A stretch of 44,198 nucleotides of DNA from Escherichia phage vB_EcoS-EE09. Below the pieces are notes generated by a model. That model was not told the origin of the DNA. It saw only the letters and a list, made by a program, of their open reading frames with translations, and searched no databases. Where the stretch lies: sequence record OR756193.1; one strand, 5' to 3'. The position numbers were made by a program, and so were the translations under genes. Shown one piece after another: positions 17,972 through 26,762 of the stretch. Numbering within the stretch: position 1 is the stretch's first letter; the number at the start of each line of letters is the position of its first letter.

Positions 17972-18325
17972 TTAGCCCCTTAGCTGTAGTTGAAACAGCA
18001 TGGTAGTGCCCGCCGGTTGCAGTGGGTTGGGGTTGACGACCCGGTAGTCAGTGCCGTTCAGGTTAACCAGGTCGCCCACCCGCAATTGCTCAACCGCCCG
18101 ACATAAAAACTTCACATCACCGGCAACGATACGCGTTCCGTCGATCTCGCTAGGCTTGTACTCCTCGCGAAGACCGATGACGTCAAACGACGTTGGCGGT
18201 CTTACCACTTCTTCGCCGTCTACGCGGTCAACCGATCCCGGACGCGTAACCGTAACGGTCATGCCGAATTTTTTAATCAGCGGATTCACTTTCCGCTTTA
18301 ATCCTGCGTAATTAAAGCCCGCCAT
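17972..18325 (-). CDS. putative head-tail connector / head closure protein
   Basis: Position in connector cluster; 117 aa. Confidence 0.45.
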   Translation of the reverse strand: MAGFNYAGLKRKVNPLIKKFGMTVTVTRPGSVDRVDGEEVVRPPTSFDVIGLREEYKPSEIDGTRIVAGDVKFLCRAVEQLRVGDLVNLNGTDYRVVNPNPLQPAGTTMLFQLQLRG

Positions 18326-18420
18326 CTTCTTCGCTCTCCTGTACCGGTGGTTCCGGTTCCGGTTCCGGTCGGCGTTTAGTATTTGCGGCGATAATAGCCG
18401 CGAGTAATGCAGGATTCATA
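18313..18420 (-). CDS. possible small protein (35 aa) with a PEPEPEP segment
   Basis: RBS AGGGGG 5 nt upstream of ATG; stop overlaps the start of the next gene; too short for the ORF track. Confidence 0.3.
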
Positions 18421-18921
18421 TTACCCCCTGAATACGTCGAAATTGCCTGCGGCGTTGCCGCCTGAATCAACCCAGTGGCCTAACAAGCCATCCCACCACG
18501 GGAACGACACCCCGCTACCAATCGTCGCGGGGTCATACTCCATCGTGATCGGGCCTACAGTTTCGCGGATAGTCTCCTTACCGTCCCCGATCGGAGAAAT
18601 ATCAACATCGTCCGCCACCAGCATAGCCAGCCGGTAAACGGCTTGCTCAACGGCAACAGGGATTGACGCGAAGTCTACAATCTGCCCAGCGGGAACTACT
18701 GCCAAATCTTCAGTAAGCGTGTTTTGCACCGGCTTACCGTCTGACGGGTAGTTGACGCGGGGCCATGCGTCAATTCCGGTCGGGTCCGCTTGTTCGCCGA
18801 TCCAGTCGATGCCGTTAAGGAAGTCATTAACAATGGTAAGGTGTCGCGTTGCGTCGCTCTGCGTAATTTCAACGCCTCGCGCAGCGGCATAAACAACAAA
18901 GGTTTGCGGGTCGCCATACAT
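18421..18921 (-). CDS. putative head-tail adaptor / head completion protein (166 aa)
   Basis: ORF track trimmed: the track start at 18951 lies inside the capsid terminator hairpin; ATG at 18921 has RBS AGGAG 8 nt upstream. Confidence 0.5.
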   Translation of the reverse strand: MYGDPQTFVVYAAARGVEITQSDATRHLTIVNDFLNGIDWIGEQADPTGIDAWPRVNYPSDGKPVQNTLTEDLAVVPAGQIVDFASIPVAVEQAVYRLAMLVADDVDISPIGDGKETIRETVGPITMEYDPATIGSGVSFPWWDGLLGHWVDSGGNAAGNFDVFRG

Positions 18922-18936
18922 CTTATTTGCTCCTAT

Positions 18937-18962
18937 AAAAAAGGCGGGCATAAGCCCGCCCC
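18937..18962 (-). terminator. rho-independent terminator after the major capsid gene
   Basis: GGCGGGC-ttat-GCCCGCC hairpin followed by a T6 run on the minus strand. Confidence 0.8.
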
Positions 18963-18979
18963 TTTGGGATTTGCGCCCG

Positions 18980-20080
18980 TTAAGACGCGGTAGTCGCAGT
19001 CAGCGTAACCAGTACGCCAGCCGTTTCCTTGATGTGACGGGTAGGCACTTCCTGTGCGGCCTGGGTCTTACGACGGCCTTTAGTATCGCCGTCGCCAACA
19101 GCGCCAACATCCTGAACGGTTGCCGGTGCGTTGTCTACTTGGCCCTGATCCAGTTCCCAGTTAGCGGAAGTGGTGATGTCGGACAGTTTGAACGAGCGAA
19201 CACCTTCGACCGGAGTACGTGCGGACGCCTTCAGACGATAGCCTTTAACCGCCACGTTGAAGTCGAACTCGCCCTGCCACCAACGTTCGATGTTCTCGTT
19301 ACCGCCTTTCTCCTGCGCCAGCATATCAAGACCGTTGGTGGTAACTGCAACCGCGCCAGGGACCAGACCCAGCATGTTACCCGTGCCCATAGCATCGGCA
19401 GCGGCATCGGAGATAATGAAGCGACGGCCCAGGCCATCACCCATTACCTGGAGATCGCCAATTGCGAATACCTGTTCAGCGGAAGGGAGTGCCTGGTACG
19501 CAATGAAGTTTGCCCAGGTAACGCCGTCCATAAACCAGGACTTAATCAAAGACGCCTGATCGCCGAACTTAGAAGCCGCCAGCGGGAAGTCTGCCAGGGT
19601 CGGGAAGGTACGACCGCCAACGCCGTCAACGCGCGCCGGTTGGGTGTATTTTGCCGCTGCGTTGCTCTCGATCGCCGCTTTACTTGCGCCGATGCCAGCC
19701 TTCAGGTAATGCAGCATAATCGCTTGAGTAGCCTGTGCCGCAATCTCAGCCGCAACGCTGTTAACGTTGGTTTCGATTTTAGCCATCATAGCCTTAGTGA
19801 TTGCTACCGGACCCACTTTCGCGGACAGGTTGACGGAGTTGGTCAGCATACGCGCCAGCACTTTTGCGGTCGCCGGAGTACCGACAGGGGCATAGGCGTT
19901 ACGGTCGGTAACGAGGTTGGCGATCAAGCCTACGGACATTTTTTCTACAACATCCTTCAGCACTTCACCCGTGCCGAGAACAACAGCACCGTTAGCGGCA
20001 GCGTTGAACACGTTCAGGTTATCGGGGATCATTTGCGTAACCGCGGTGACGAGTTTACGCTGGAACACTGTTAAAGACAT
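18980..20080 (-). CDS. major capsid protein (366 aa)
   Basis: RBS AAGGA 7 nt upstream of ATG; Ala/Gly-rich protein flanked by terminators, downstream of portal and scaffold-like genes. Confidence 0.8.
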   Translation of the reverse strand: MSLTVFQRKLVTAVTQMIPDNLNVFNAAANGAVVLGTGEVLKDVVEKMSVGLIANLVTDRNAYAPVGTPATAKVLARMLTNSVNLSAKVGPVAITKAMMAKIETNVNSVAAEIAAQATQAIMLHYLKAGIGASKAAIESNAAAKYTQPARVDGVGGRTFPTLADFPLAASKFGDQASLIKSWFMDGVTWANFIAYQALPSAEQVFAIGDLQVMGDGLGRRFIISDAAADAMGTGNMLGLVPGAVAVTTNGLDMLAQEKGGNENIERWWQGEFDFNVAVKGYRLKASARTPVEGVRSFKLSDITTSANWELDQGQVDNAPATVQDVGAVGDGDTKGRRKTQAAQEVPTRHIKETAGVLVTLTATTAS

Positions 20081-20149
20081 ATCGAAATCCTTTGAGTTGT
20101 GAGCATTCGCCCAGTACCGTTAATGTTACCTTAGATTTACGCGCTCGCA

Positions 20150-20175
20150 AAATTGCCCGCGAAAGCGGGCAATCT
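20150..20175 (-). terminator. terminator-like hairpin between scaffold-like gene and major capsid gene
   Basis: ATTGCCCGC-tttc-GCGGGCAAT hairpin followed by TTTTG on the minus strand. Confidence 0.5.
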
Positions 20176-20177
20176 GC

Positions 20178-20716
20178 TTACTCGTCGCCCATCTTAGCGA
20201 TGATTTCACCGGCCTGTTTCGTTAAGTCAGTGATACCGAAGCTGTGGCCCATAGTGATTTTAGACTTCACATCCTCGACAACCTGCGTCGGTTTGCTCGG
20301 TGCACCACCGGCTGGCGTGCCTGCCAGGACGGATGCAAAATCGGCGTTATTACGGAACTCTTTTTCAAGCTCTTCCATAGTCAGCGCGGACGGTTTGCCA
20401 TCCTGCAGGACACGCACCTTCAAGCTGCCGTCTTCGCCGTCTTCCAGCGTCAGGCGGTCCATAACGTGGCGTTGCATGATCCCGGCATTCTTACCGAATA
20501 GCTTCGACGCCAGGTCTTTGGCAGCGCTTCGGCGCGGCGTTCTGCTTCTGCTTTCTTCTCGCTCACCAGCTTCGCGTTGTTGTCTTTCAGACCCTTGATC
20601 TCCGCCTGTACTTCTTCGGCGGTCATGAACGTTGATTTATACCCGTCACCATCGGCAACAAAAAGCGCCTTCATACCTTCCGGCAACGCGTCATATTCTG
20701 CTTTAGTAAGTTTCAT
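20178..20716 (-). CDS. putative scaffolding protein, split into two overlapping frames
   Basis: Strong RBS AGGGGGA before ATG at 20716 (MKLTKAEYD...); frame A reads through a coiled-coil-like stretch then degenerates and stops at 20450; the -1 frame is open from about 20540 and continues as ...AAKDLASKLFGKNAGIMQRH... to 20178; no slippery site seen. Confidence 0.45.
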
Positions 20717-20805
20717 GCTATCCCCCTGGGATTGTGGCAAAGCGGGCCACCCGCTTGACTTCACGCCTTAATATTATCAGCGATAAAAATAATCGCAAAA
20801 TTCGC

Positions 20806-20841
20806 TTGCAATCCGCGTATTGGTTGCATATATTGGTTGCA
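20806..20841 (+). promoter_or_regulatory. candidate sigma70-type promoter with tandem ATTGGTTGCA motifs
   Basis: -35-like TTGCAA, 17-nt spacer containing ATTGGTTGCA, -10-like TATATT, then a second ATTGGTTGCA; 17-nt identity ATTGGTTGCACACCAAC with the reverse-strand motif upstream of the gene starting at 31460. Confidence 0.45.
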
Positions 20842-21628
20842 CACCAACAACGAGGACACAAAAAAGAGACTGACTAAAGACATTAAAAATCAGATTCTGG
20901 CTAACATCCTGCGCGACCACGAAATAGCGACAGAAGCAAAATCAATAATGATGGACTCGCGCGACCTGGCGTACGCCATTACGCTGGACTGTATGCCAGA
21001 AGGCATTCGCACGTTCGCCGAGCTACTCGCGCGCATTGAAGCAATCGGCGATGACCCGTCGCAGATGTACGGCGTCTGTGTATACACCAACAAGGCGACG
21101 TATAGTTATAACACCGACCGCCCGAAAGGCATCGGCAGCGTTTACGACGCCACTTTCGAAATCAACGCAGGCGGAAACGTCCGTACCGTGTCATTGAGCG
21201 GAGACGGATACCGATTCCGAGTACATCGCGGATACTGGGAGTATAAATACATGAATAAACTGTCTCCCGATCTCGGCGATATTGTGCCAGGGTATGAGGA
21301 AATTTTGTTAGCGTCAGTGTGCGAAGTCGACGACGACGGGAAAGCACTGCCGATATATCTCCCACGCGGCCGTGTAGACTACCCGGCGGATCATGATTTC
21401 TGTAAGCGCCTTGACCGTAACGATAAGGCCCGCCGCGATTTGCGAGCTAAGTATGACGCGTTCAAACTAACTGTTACCGGTGTGCTGGATATGCACAATA
21501 CCGATAAGAAGCTGATCAAGGAGTGGCCTGAAGTGGAACAGTTCATTCCTTACCCGGACAAGCCGAAGTCCACGGCGGTGGCGCTGGACGTTAAGACGTT
21601 AAACGAGATTTGCGGTATTCCGCGCTAA
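20837..21628 (+). CDS. hypothetical protein (up to 263 aa) on the opposite strand inside the head module
   Basis: ORF track; start uncertain (track start is a TTG inside the promoter motif; first in-frame ATG near 20947); own promoter-like region upstream and terminator downstream; no motif recognised. Confidence 0.55.
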   Translation: MHTNNEDTKKRLTKDIKNQILANILRDHEIATEAKSIMMDSRDLAYAITLDCMPEGIRTFAELLARIEAIGDDPSQMYGVCVYTNKATYSYNTDRPKGIGSVYDATFEINAGGNVRTVSLSGDGYRFRVHRGYWEYKYMNKLSPDLGDIVPGYEEILLASVCEVDDDGKALPIYLPRGRVDYPADHDFCKRLDRNDKARRDLRAKYDAFKLTVTGVLDMHNTDKKLIKEWPEVEQFIPYPDKPKSTAVALDVKTLNEICGIPR

Positions 21629-21630
21629 CG

Positions 21631-21655
21631 AAAAGGGGGCCATCACGGCCCCCGA
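21631..21655. terminator. bidirectional terminator
   Basis: GGGGGCC-atcac-GGCCCCC hairpin with an A-run upstream and T-runs on both strands; overlaps the last codons of the o-spanin gene. Confidence 0.7.
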
Positions 21656-21873
21656 ATTATTTTCTGCAACTCCAGCACTTGCGCCCTTAGCTTAGCCCCG
21701 CATTCCATATTTTTAACATCAACCAGCAAATCTTCGTCTGGATCTGCCGAGGCATTCTCAAAGGTGCAAGGAGGTCTATAGACCGACTCGGTTAGCGGCG
21801 TCGATGGCACGTTGCTTGATCCGCACGCGCTCATCATCAAAACTGCAATCAGGACGGTTAGGACGCGTAACAT
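21643..21873 (-). CDS. o-spanin (Rz1-like outer membrane lipoprotein)
   Basis: RBS AAGAGG; signal peptide with lipobox-like MMSAC, Pro-rich mature part; overlaps the i-spanin gene in another frame. Confidence 0.65.
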   Translation of the reverse strand: MLRVLTVLIAVLMMSACGSSNVPSTPLTESVYRPPCTFENASADPDEDLLVDVKNMECGAKLRAQVLELQKIIRGP

Positions 21874-22084
21874 ATTTTACAACCTCTTTCGTGATGGTCC
21901 TGTATTCCACGTCGCGGGCCTGTTCTGCCTGCACGACCCCCTCGACAACCTTAGTTTGCTGCCGTTGGGCTTTCGCTTGCGCTTCTTGCGCCGCTCTCGC
22001 CTCAACGCCAGTGCGGTAGGAATCACCCTGCCAGAATCCAACCGCCAGACCTATTACCAACCCAATCGCTGCATACTTAATCAC
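21776..22084 (-). CDS. i-spanin (Rz-like inner membrane protein)
   Basis: N-terminal transmembrane segment (IKYAAIGLVIGLAVGFW) followed by a charged, Gln/Ala-rich periplasmic part; track start is TTG, GTG at 22084 with RBS AGGGGG preferred. Confidence 0.6.
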   Translation of the reverse strand: MIKYAAIGLVIGLAVGFWQGDSYRTGVEARAAQEAQAKAQRQQTKVVEGVVQAEQARDVEYRTITKEVVKYVTRPNRPDCSFDDERVRIKQRAIDAANRVGL

Positions 22085-23180
22085 GCCATAGCCCCCTGTT
22101 TTTAAGCTGCGCAATAGTCATTAGTTCGCCCGTATCGGTGAACATCTTCGGCACTTTCACGCCTCGCATAATCTGGTCTGCGCGCTGCACTCCATATAAT
22201 TCCTCCAGAATATGGCGCGGCTGGCGCTGCACCCAGGAGAAGAAATCAGTCTGCGCGTCGACCTGCTCACTCAGCAATCTGCCCGCTTCAGCCTTCAGGG
22301 CCGGACGCTTACCACTGGGCCAATCTTCCATGCCCTTAACTTTCCACGTCTCCGTAGAACGGCAGCAATAATGCAGCTTGCCCGGACCAGCGCCATATTG
22401 TGATCCCGCCACCACTTTCCCGCCGCGTTTTCCTTTGGTGTCGGGAGTGACGTCAACAGGATAAAACAAGCGATCGCGTAGCTGGCACATAGGGGAGGTA
22501 TGAGTGTCCAATGTAGCCAACCATTGGCGACCTTCGAGAATATCGTCATTAGCTTTTACCATTAATTCGCGGGCGGTCGCCGCATAGTGGTTGACCGCGG
22601 ACTTAACAACGCTTGAGATTGCCTGCGCACTACGACCGCCAAGCGCGCGCCTCACGTCCGCGATAATTTCCATCGTTGGCTTGCCCTGGATGAATCCGGC
22701 GCGCACCTGATTGCCGATCTGCGTCCTGGTCCACTCGGAAAGTGAATCCGGCCATTGCATCATCGTATTACCCTGGAACGGGTTTTTCATAGCCGTCGCT
22801 GCAATCTGCGCGCCGGTAACAACGCCAACTACTTCAACAGCGGGTACGGCGACCGCGGGCTGGATCGCTGCCGTTAGTGTGTCGGCGAGATAATCAGCCT
22901 CGGTGTCGGCGAACTCCTGAAGGCTCTCCGCCAGCACTTTAAACTCGGCGCGCAGTTCCGTTTTGACGGTCTTGTCGAGTTGCGTTAATAGTGTGGTAAG
23001 TGCCTTGTTGCTCATGGACTTTTTGCCATCAAGTAACTCGGTCAACTTACCCAGTAAAGCGGGCCGGAACTTCTCCCACATAGTCAGCACCCTTCGCGCC
23101 TGGTCATTGCTCAGGCGCTGGGTGAAGATGTGACGGCGAATCATTCGATCCGCCATATATTGATTAATTGTCTTCGCCAT
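22077..23180 (-). CDS. putative head morphogenesis protein (367 aa)
   Basis: Position immediately downstream of portal with overlapping start and stop; size. Confidence 0.55.
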   Translation of the reverse strand: MAKTINQYMADRMIRRHIFTQRLSNDQARRVLTMWEKFRPALLGKLTELLDGKKSMSNKALTTLLTQLDKTVKTELRAEFKVLAESLQEFADTEADYLADTLTAAIQPAVAVPAVEVVGVVTGAQIAATAMKNPFQGNTMMQWPDSLSEWTRTQIGNQVRAGFIQGKPTMEIIADVRRALGGRSAQAISSVVKSAVNHYAATARELMVKANDDILEGRQWLATLDTHTSPMCQLRDRLFYPVDVTPDTKGKRGGKVVAGSQYGAGPGKLHYCCRSTETWKVKGMEDWPSGKRPALKAEAGRLLSEQVDAQTDFFSWVQRQPRHILEELYGVQRADQIMRGVKVPKMFTDTGELMTIAQLKNRGLWRD

Positions 23181-24684
23181 TGTCCGCTACCTTGTCCGGG
23201 TCTTCTTCGGTAGATTCTACCGCATCAGGGGACATTTGAGGCAATGGATTCTGATTTCGCAATTCGTCTTCCACCTGCTCGACGGTTTGCGAGTCGTCGA
23301 TAACGCCCTGCGCCATCATCCACTTGATGAAGTCAGCCAGTCGGACCGTACCAGTCTGCACACCAGACATCATTGCGGTCATAAGCTGCGCATCAACCGT
23401 GATTTCGGTGTAGAACTTGTTCAGCGTTACGCGCTGGTCGGCGGTGTCGCCCGTGAATAGCTGCACGATTTGCAGCGCACGGTTGAAAGCCTTTTCAACG
23501 TTACCGGCGATAAGCGACAGGATACTGTTATCAGTCTGCGCATCGTAGGCCGCCTCGGTTGCCGTCTTAGGTGCGGTCCCCTTCTCAACCAGGGCCGCGC
23601 CCAGTTTAGCCATTTGCAATTCGCGTCGCTCACACAGTGCAACAGACAAGTTGCGCTCCTCGGCCTGGATCAGTTTAGCATCCATGTTCTGGCCCAGGAT
23701 AACGCCCTTAGTCGCACCGAGGGCAATGCCGCCCTTCAGGTTCTTGTCAGCCCATGTTTGAGTCAAGCCCGTCGCAACAAGGGTAGGCTGGCCCACGATG
23801 TGCGCAATCTCGGCGACGTCCGCTTCGGCGTTGTAGTGCTTAATGTTGATGGATGCGATATCTGCCAGCGGAGCGGCGTCTGGCGTCGCGTTGTTGTCCA
23901 CCGCACCACACCAGCAAAACGGAAGTTGTGTCAGCGCATTACCGGCGGCATCCACCAGCGGCACAAGATCGGTGCGGGTGAATCCACGCGGCAAGTCCAT
24001 TTGCACCTCGGACGTGTCCGCGTTATAAAACCAGCGGCGGGCGTGTGCCGCACCGTTAATCATGCGAAGCTCGGTCCATATTGTTACTTCGTGGTTTGCG
24101 AAGTCGTCCGGGTCTTCGGTGCTGATTTCGTCCGTCTCCTTCAGCACGATTAGCGTGTCGACCCCGTGGGTCTGCCGCCAGTTAATGATCTGCTCTGCCG
24201 TATACAGGCGGATAAGCGGGCGGTGTGACGCCATCTCAGCGGCTGTCTGCGGCACTACGTTACCCAGTTCATCAAAGTTAGCCTGGCGGTCGTAGTCCAC
24301 CATAAAGCCTGCGCGGCCCGATTGCAGCACTTCCGACATAGCACCGCGCAGGAGTTGCGGCAGCGGCATACCACTGCCGTCTACGTCGTCAATCAGGTCC
24401 GCCATCGCCCCGGAAAGGTCCAGACTTACCGGTTTAGCAAAGGCAACGCCTAACAGCGCGTTAAGTGTGCGGGCGGTGGCGTTCAGGAATACAGCGCGTT
24501 GCTTGTACGCCTTATACCGCGCCCGTGCTTTCGGGTCAGTATTGTCGCCACTGGCGGGGTGAGGCAGGTACAAGGGGCCGCACGCCTTCACGGCGCGCTC
24601 CCCTGCGACACAATCACGGATCATTTTCCACTCTGGCGCGATGCGCGCATAAAGTGGGTGCTGGTTGTCAACGTTAACGGTCAT
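23164..24684 (-). CDS. portal protein (506 aa)
   Basis: Position immediately downstream of terminase large subunit; size; acidic C-terminus. Confidence 0.8.
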   Translation of the reverse strand: MTVNVDNQHPLYARIAPEWKMIRDCVAGERAVKACGPLYLPHPASGDNTDPKARARYKAYKQRAVFLNATARTLNALLGVAFAKPVSLDLSGAMADLIDDVDGSGMPLPQLLRGAMSEVLQSGRAGFMVDYDRQANFDELGNVVPQTAAEMASHRPLIRLYTAEQIINWRQTHGVDTLIVLKETDEISTEDPDDFANHEVTIWTELRMINGAAHARRWFYNADTSEVQMDLPRGFTRTDLVPLVDAAGNALTQLPFCWCGAVDNNATPDAAPLADIASINIKHYNAEADVAEIAHIVGQPTLVATGLTQTWADKNLKGGIALGATKGVILGQNMDAKLIQAEERNLSVALCERRELQMAKLGAALVEKGTAPKTATEAAYDAQTDNSILSLIAGNVEKAFNRALQIVQLFTGDTADQRVTLNKFYTEITVDAQLMTAMMSGVQTGTVRLADFIKWMMAQGVIDDSQTVEQVEDELRNQNPLPQMSPDAVESTEEDPDKVADNGEDN

Positions 24685-24695
24685 GGTCGTTTTCC

Positions 24696-26081
24696 TTAGT
24701 AGAAGTCTACAGTTGGAACAACGGCGATCGGACGAATCACTGGGAACAGGTGCGCAATTGGATAGCCCGCGGCATCGTTCATGTGGTCCACCCCAGCGGT
24801 TTTATCCGGCTCGCCTTTCTTCAGGTCGTAAACCTGCTGTTCCAGACATTTCGCTAGTGTAGGGCATTTATCCAGGTTGACAAAATACTGGCGCACGCCC
24901 TTCGAGTTGCACATCATCGTATTCATCGCGATCAATCGGTCTTTCACAGGCGGGTTAACGCTGTCGTACTCCACCTCGAAGCCTGCGTCTTCCAGTTGCG
25001 CGATATCTGACGACGATGCGTTGACAGTCTTGCGGGACTTGCCGCTGCTATCCGGGTAAACGACGACCCGACCGGCAGCACAATGATCGGGGTAGCGCTC
25101 CTCGATCGCCTCAATCATAGCCGGGGTGTCAAACAGATCCACAAATTCATCCACTGCGTGTATCTCGTCGCGGAACTCCTTGTTTTCGGTGGTACGCTGC
25201 CGTCTGACGTACACGACCGCCGCCATTTTCGTGACGTTAAAGTCCATACCGATAATCAGCGTGTCTTCCGGTTGTACTTCTTCGGTGCTGGCGTTCTCCT
25301 CGCGATTAAACATCTTGTACACCGCGCCCGACGTAAGGTTAACAAATAGGCCGTTCAGGTACGCGTCGATCAGGTTAGCCGGGTACTGACTGCGCAGCGT
25401 GTCGATAAAGTCTGCCGGTAAATGGTGGTTGTCGGTGGTCTTCGCCCGGATCAAACGTTTCTGGCTATCCTTCTCCACCTCGAAAATTTGATACATTGCC
25501 CGGAAGCCTTCCGGCGTGGATACGATGACAAACTGACGGACCACGCCCGCACGCAGACGACCTAGCAATTTGTGGTATGCCGCCATTGCGACGTCTTGCT
25601 TCGTGGTGTCGAACTCATCGGCAACAATCCACGCGGCGTTAACCCCGATCAGGCGGGTATAGTTCTCCATCGACTCACAGATAACGCGAGTCCATTTGCC
25701 TTTCACCAGAACGCTATAGATCTTGTCCTGCTTGTTGAACTTCCACCGGAAGCCAGCCTCGTCGAAAGCCTTTTCCAATTCCGGGTACATGATCTTAACC
25801 AGGAGTGGAATAGTCGGCTCTGTAACGATGCCATCATGACCAGGGTTCAGGGTTAAAAGCTGGATTACCTTACGGGCTGCGACCCATGACTTGCCGCCGC
25901 CGAAGCCAGAGCACAGGCCGAGGATTTTAGTCTTCGTGTCCCGCAGTAGTTCAACCTGGTGCGGTAGGCAATCAGGCTGGTAAAGACGCACCGCCTGCGC
26001 AACGCGTGTCGGGCGTGGTGGTCTGTTGCGCTTTGCGATCGCGCGTTCCAGTGCGCGGTGTTCTGCCGCATAGTTACGCAT
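24696..26081 (-). CDS. terminase large subunit (461 aa)
   Basis: Walker A-like GFGGGKSW near the N-terminus with acidic motifs downstream; start overlaps the small subunit stop (TAATG). Confidence 0.85.
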   Translation of the reverse strand: MRNYAAEHRALERAIAKRNRPPRPTRVAQAVRLYQPDCLPHQVELLRDTKTKILGLCSGFGGGKSWVAARKVIQLLTLNPGHDGIVTEPTIPLLVKIMYPELEKAFDEAGFRWKFNKQDKIYSVLVKGKWTRVICESMENYTRLIGVNAAWIVADEFDTTKQDVAMAAYHKLLGRLRAGVVRQFVIVSTPEGFRAMYQIFEVEKDSQKRLIRAKTTDNHHLPADFIDTLRSQYPANLIDAYLNGLFVNLTSGAVYKMFNREENASTEEVQPEDTLIIGMDFNVTKMAAVVYVRRQRTTENKEFRDEIHAVDEFVDLFDTPAMIEAIEERYPDHCAAGRVVVYPDSSGKSRKTVNASSSDIAQLEDAGFEVEYDSVNPPVKDRLIAMNTMMCNSKGVRQYFVNLDKCPTLAKCLEQQVYDLKKGEPDKTAGVDHMNDAAGYPIAHLFPVIRPIAVVPTVDFY

Positions 26082-26632
26082 TATTCGCCCTGGCCTTTGC
26101 CGGTAGGTTCCACAACGACGTCGCCGTTATCATCTTCGTCGTCATCCAGCGGAGCATCGTCGCGGACGCCGTGGTTGGCTTTAAGCAGGAACGTAGCGAA
26201 GCCCGCCGCGATGGTAACGCCGCCCGCTTCCATCAGGAAAGTTTTCTGCAACTCCATAGCGTCCGCCATCGCCTCGGCGAACTCCTCATGCGCACGCGCC
26301 CATCGATACAGGCAAGCTACGCCCACGCCGATTTCCGCGGCAAATCGACCGAAGGTTGGCATTTTGTTGCGAGGGATTACCTGCGCAGCGCCCTTGTCGG
26401 AGTAGTTGACCTGCCAGGCGTCGGCGTCGGCAAAATAGCGACGAAGCTGGTCGCAGTAAACAGATCGGTAGTCGGTAGGGCGTCCGCATTTGCCGCCTTT
26501 ACGGCGCTTGCCGTATTCGATCTCGGGTCCGAGATTGGTATGTTCGGTTTGCTCGCCTGGTTTACGGCGCGGGGTTACTGCTACTCGTCCGTCCAGTTTG
26601 GCGCGTCGGCCCTTAACTTTGATTTCTGCCAT
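26081..26632 (-). CDS. putative terminase small subunit (183 aa)
   Basis: ORF track trimmed to the internal ATG (MAEIKVKGRR...); translationally coupled to the large subunit; basic N-terminus. Confidence 0.55.
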   Translation of the reverse strand: MAEIKVKGRRAKLDGRVAVTPRRKPGEQTEHTNLGPEIEYGKRRKGGKCGRPTDYRSVYCDQLRRYFADADAWQVNYSDKGAAQVIPRNKMPTFGRFAAEIGVGVACLYRWARAHEEFAEAMADAMELQKTFLMEAGGVTIAAGFATFLLKANHGVRDDAPLDDDEDDNGDVVVEPTGKGQGE

Positions 26633-26762
26633 GATATAAGCCCTTTTGTGCATATGCGCCGACCATCGGCAACATAGGAGACAGCCCTGCCATCTAAGGG
26701 GGATTATAACAGGCACAAAAAAGCCCACCAAATCGGCAGGCTGGGAGGCTTACGGGTTGCCG

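Noticed and set aside
18971-20074. 367-aa plus-strand ORF almost exactly antisense to the major capsid gene
   Set aside because: Mirror-image ORF of a highly expressed structural gene; the capsid frame has an RBS, flanking terminators and typical composition, the antisense frame has none.
20816-20841. Reading TTGGTTGCA as a sigma54 (-24/-12) promoter because of the TTGCA core
   Set aside because: No TGGCAC -24 element at the required 10-11 nt spacing at any site; the motif fits sigma70 hexamer spacing better, but its exact role remains open.
26633-26762. Possible terminator between the phosphoesterase and terminase small subunit genes
   Set aside because: A T-run is present on the minus strand but no convincing complementary stem could be built by eye.
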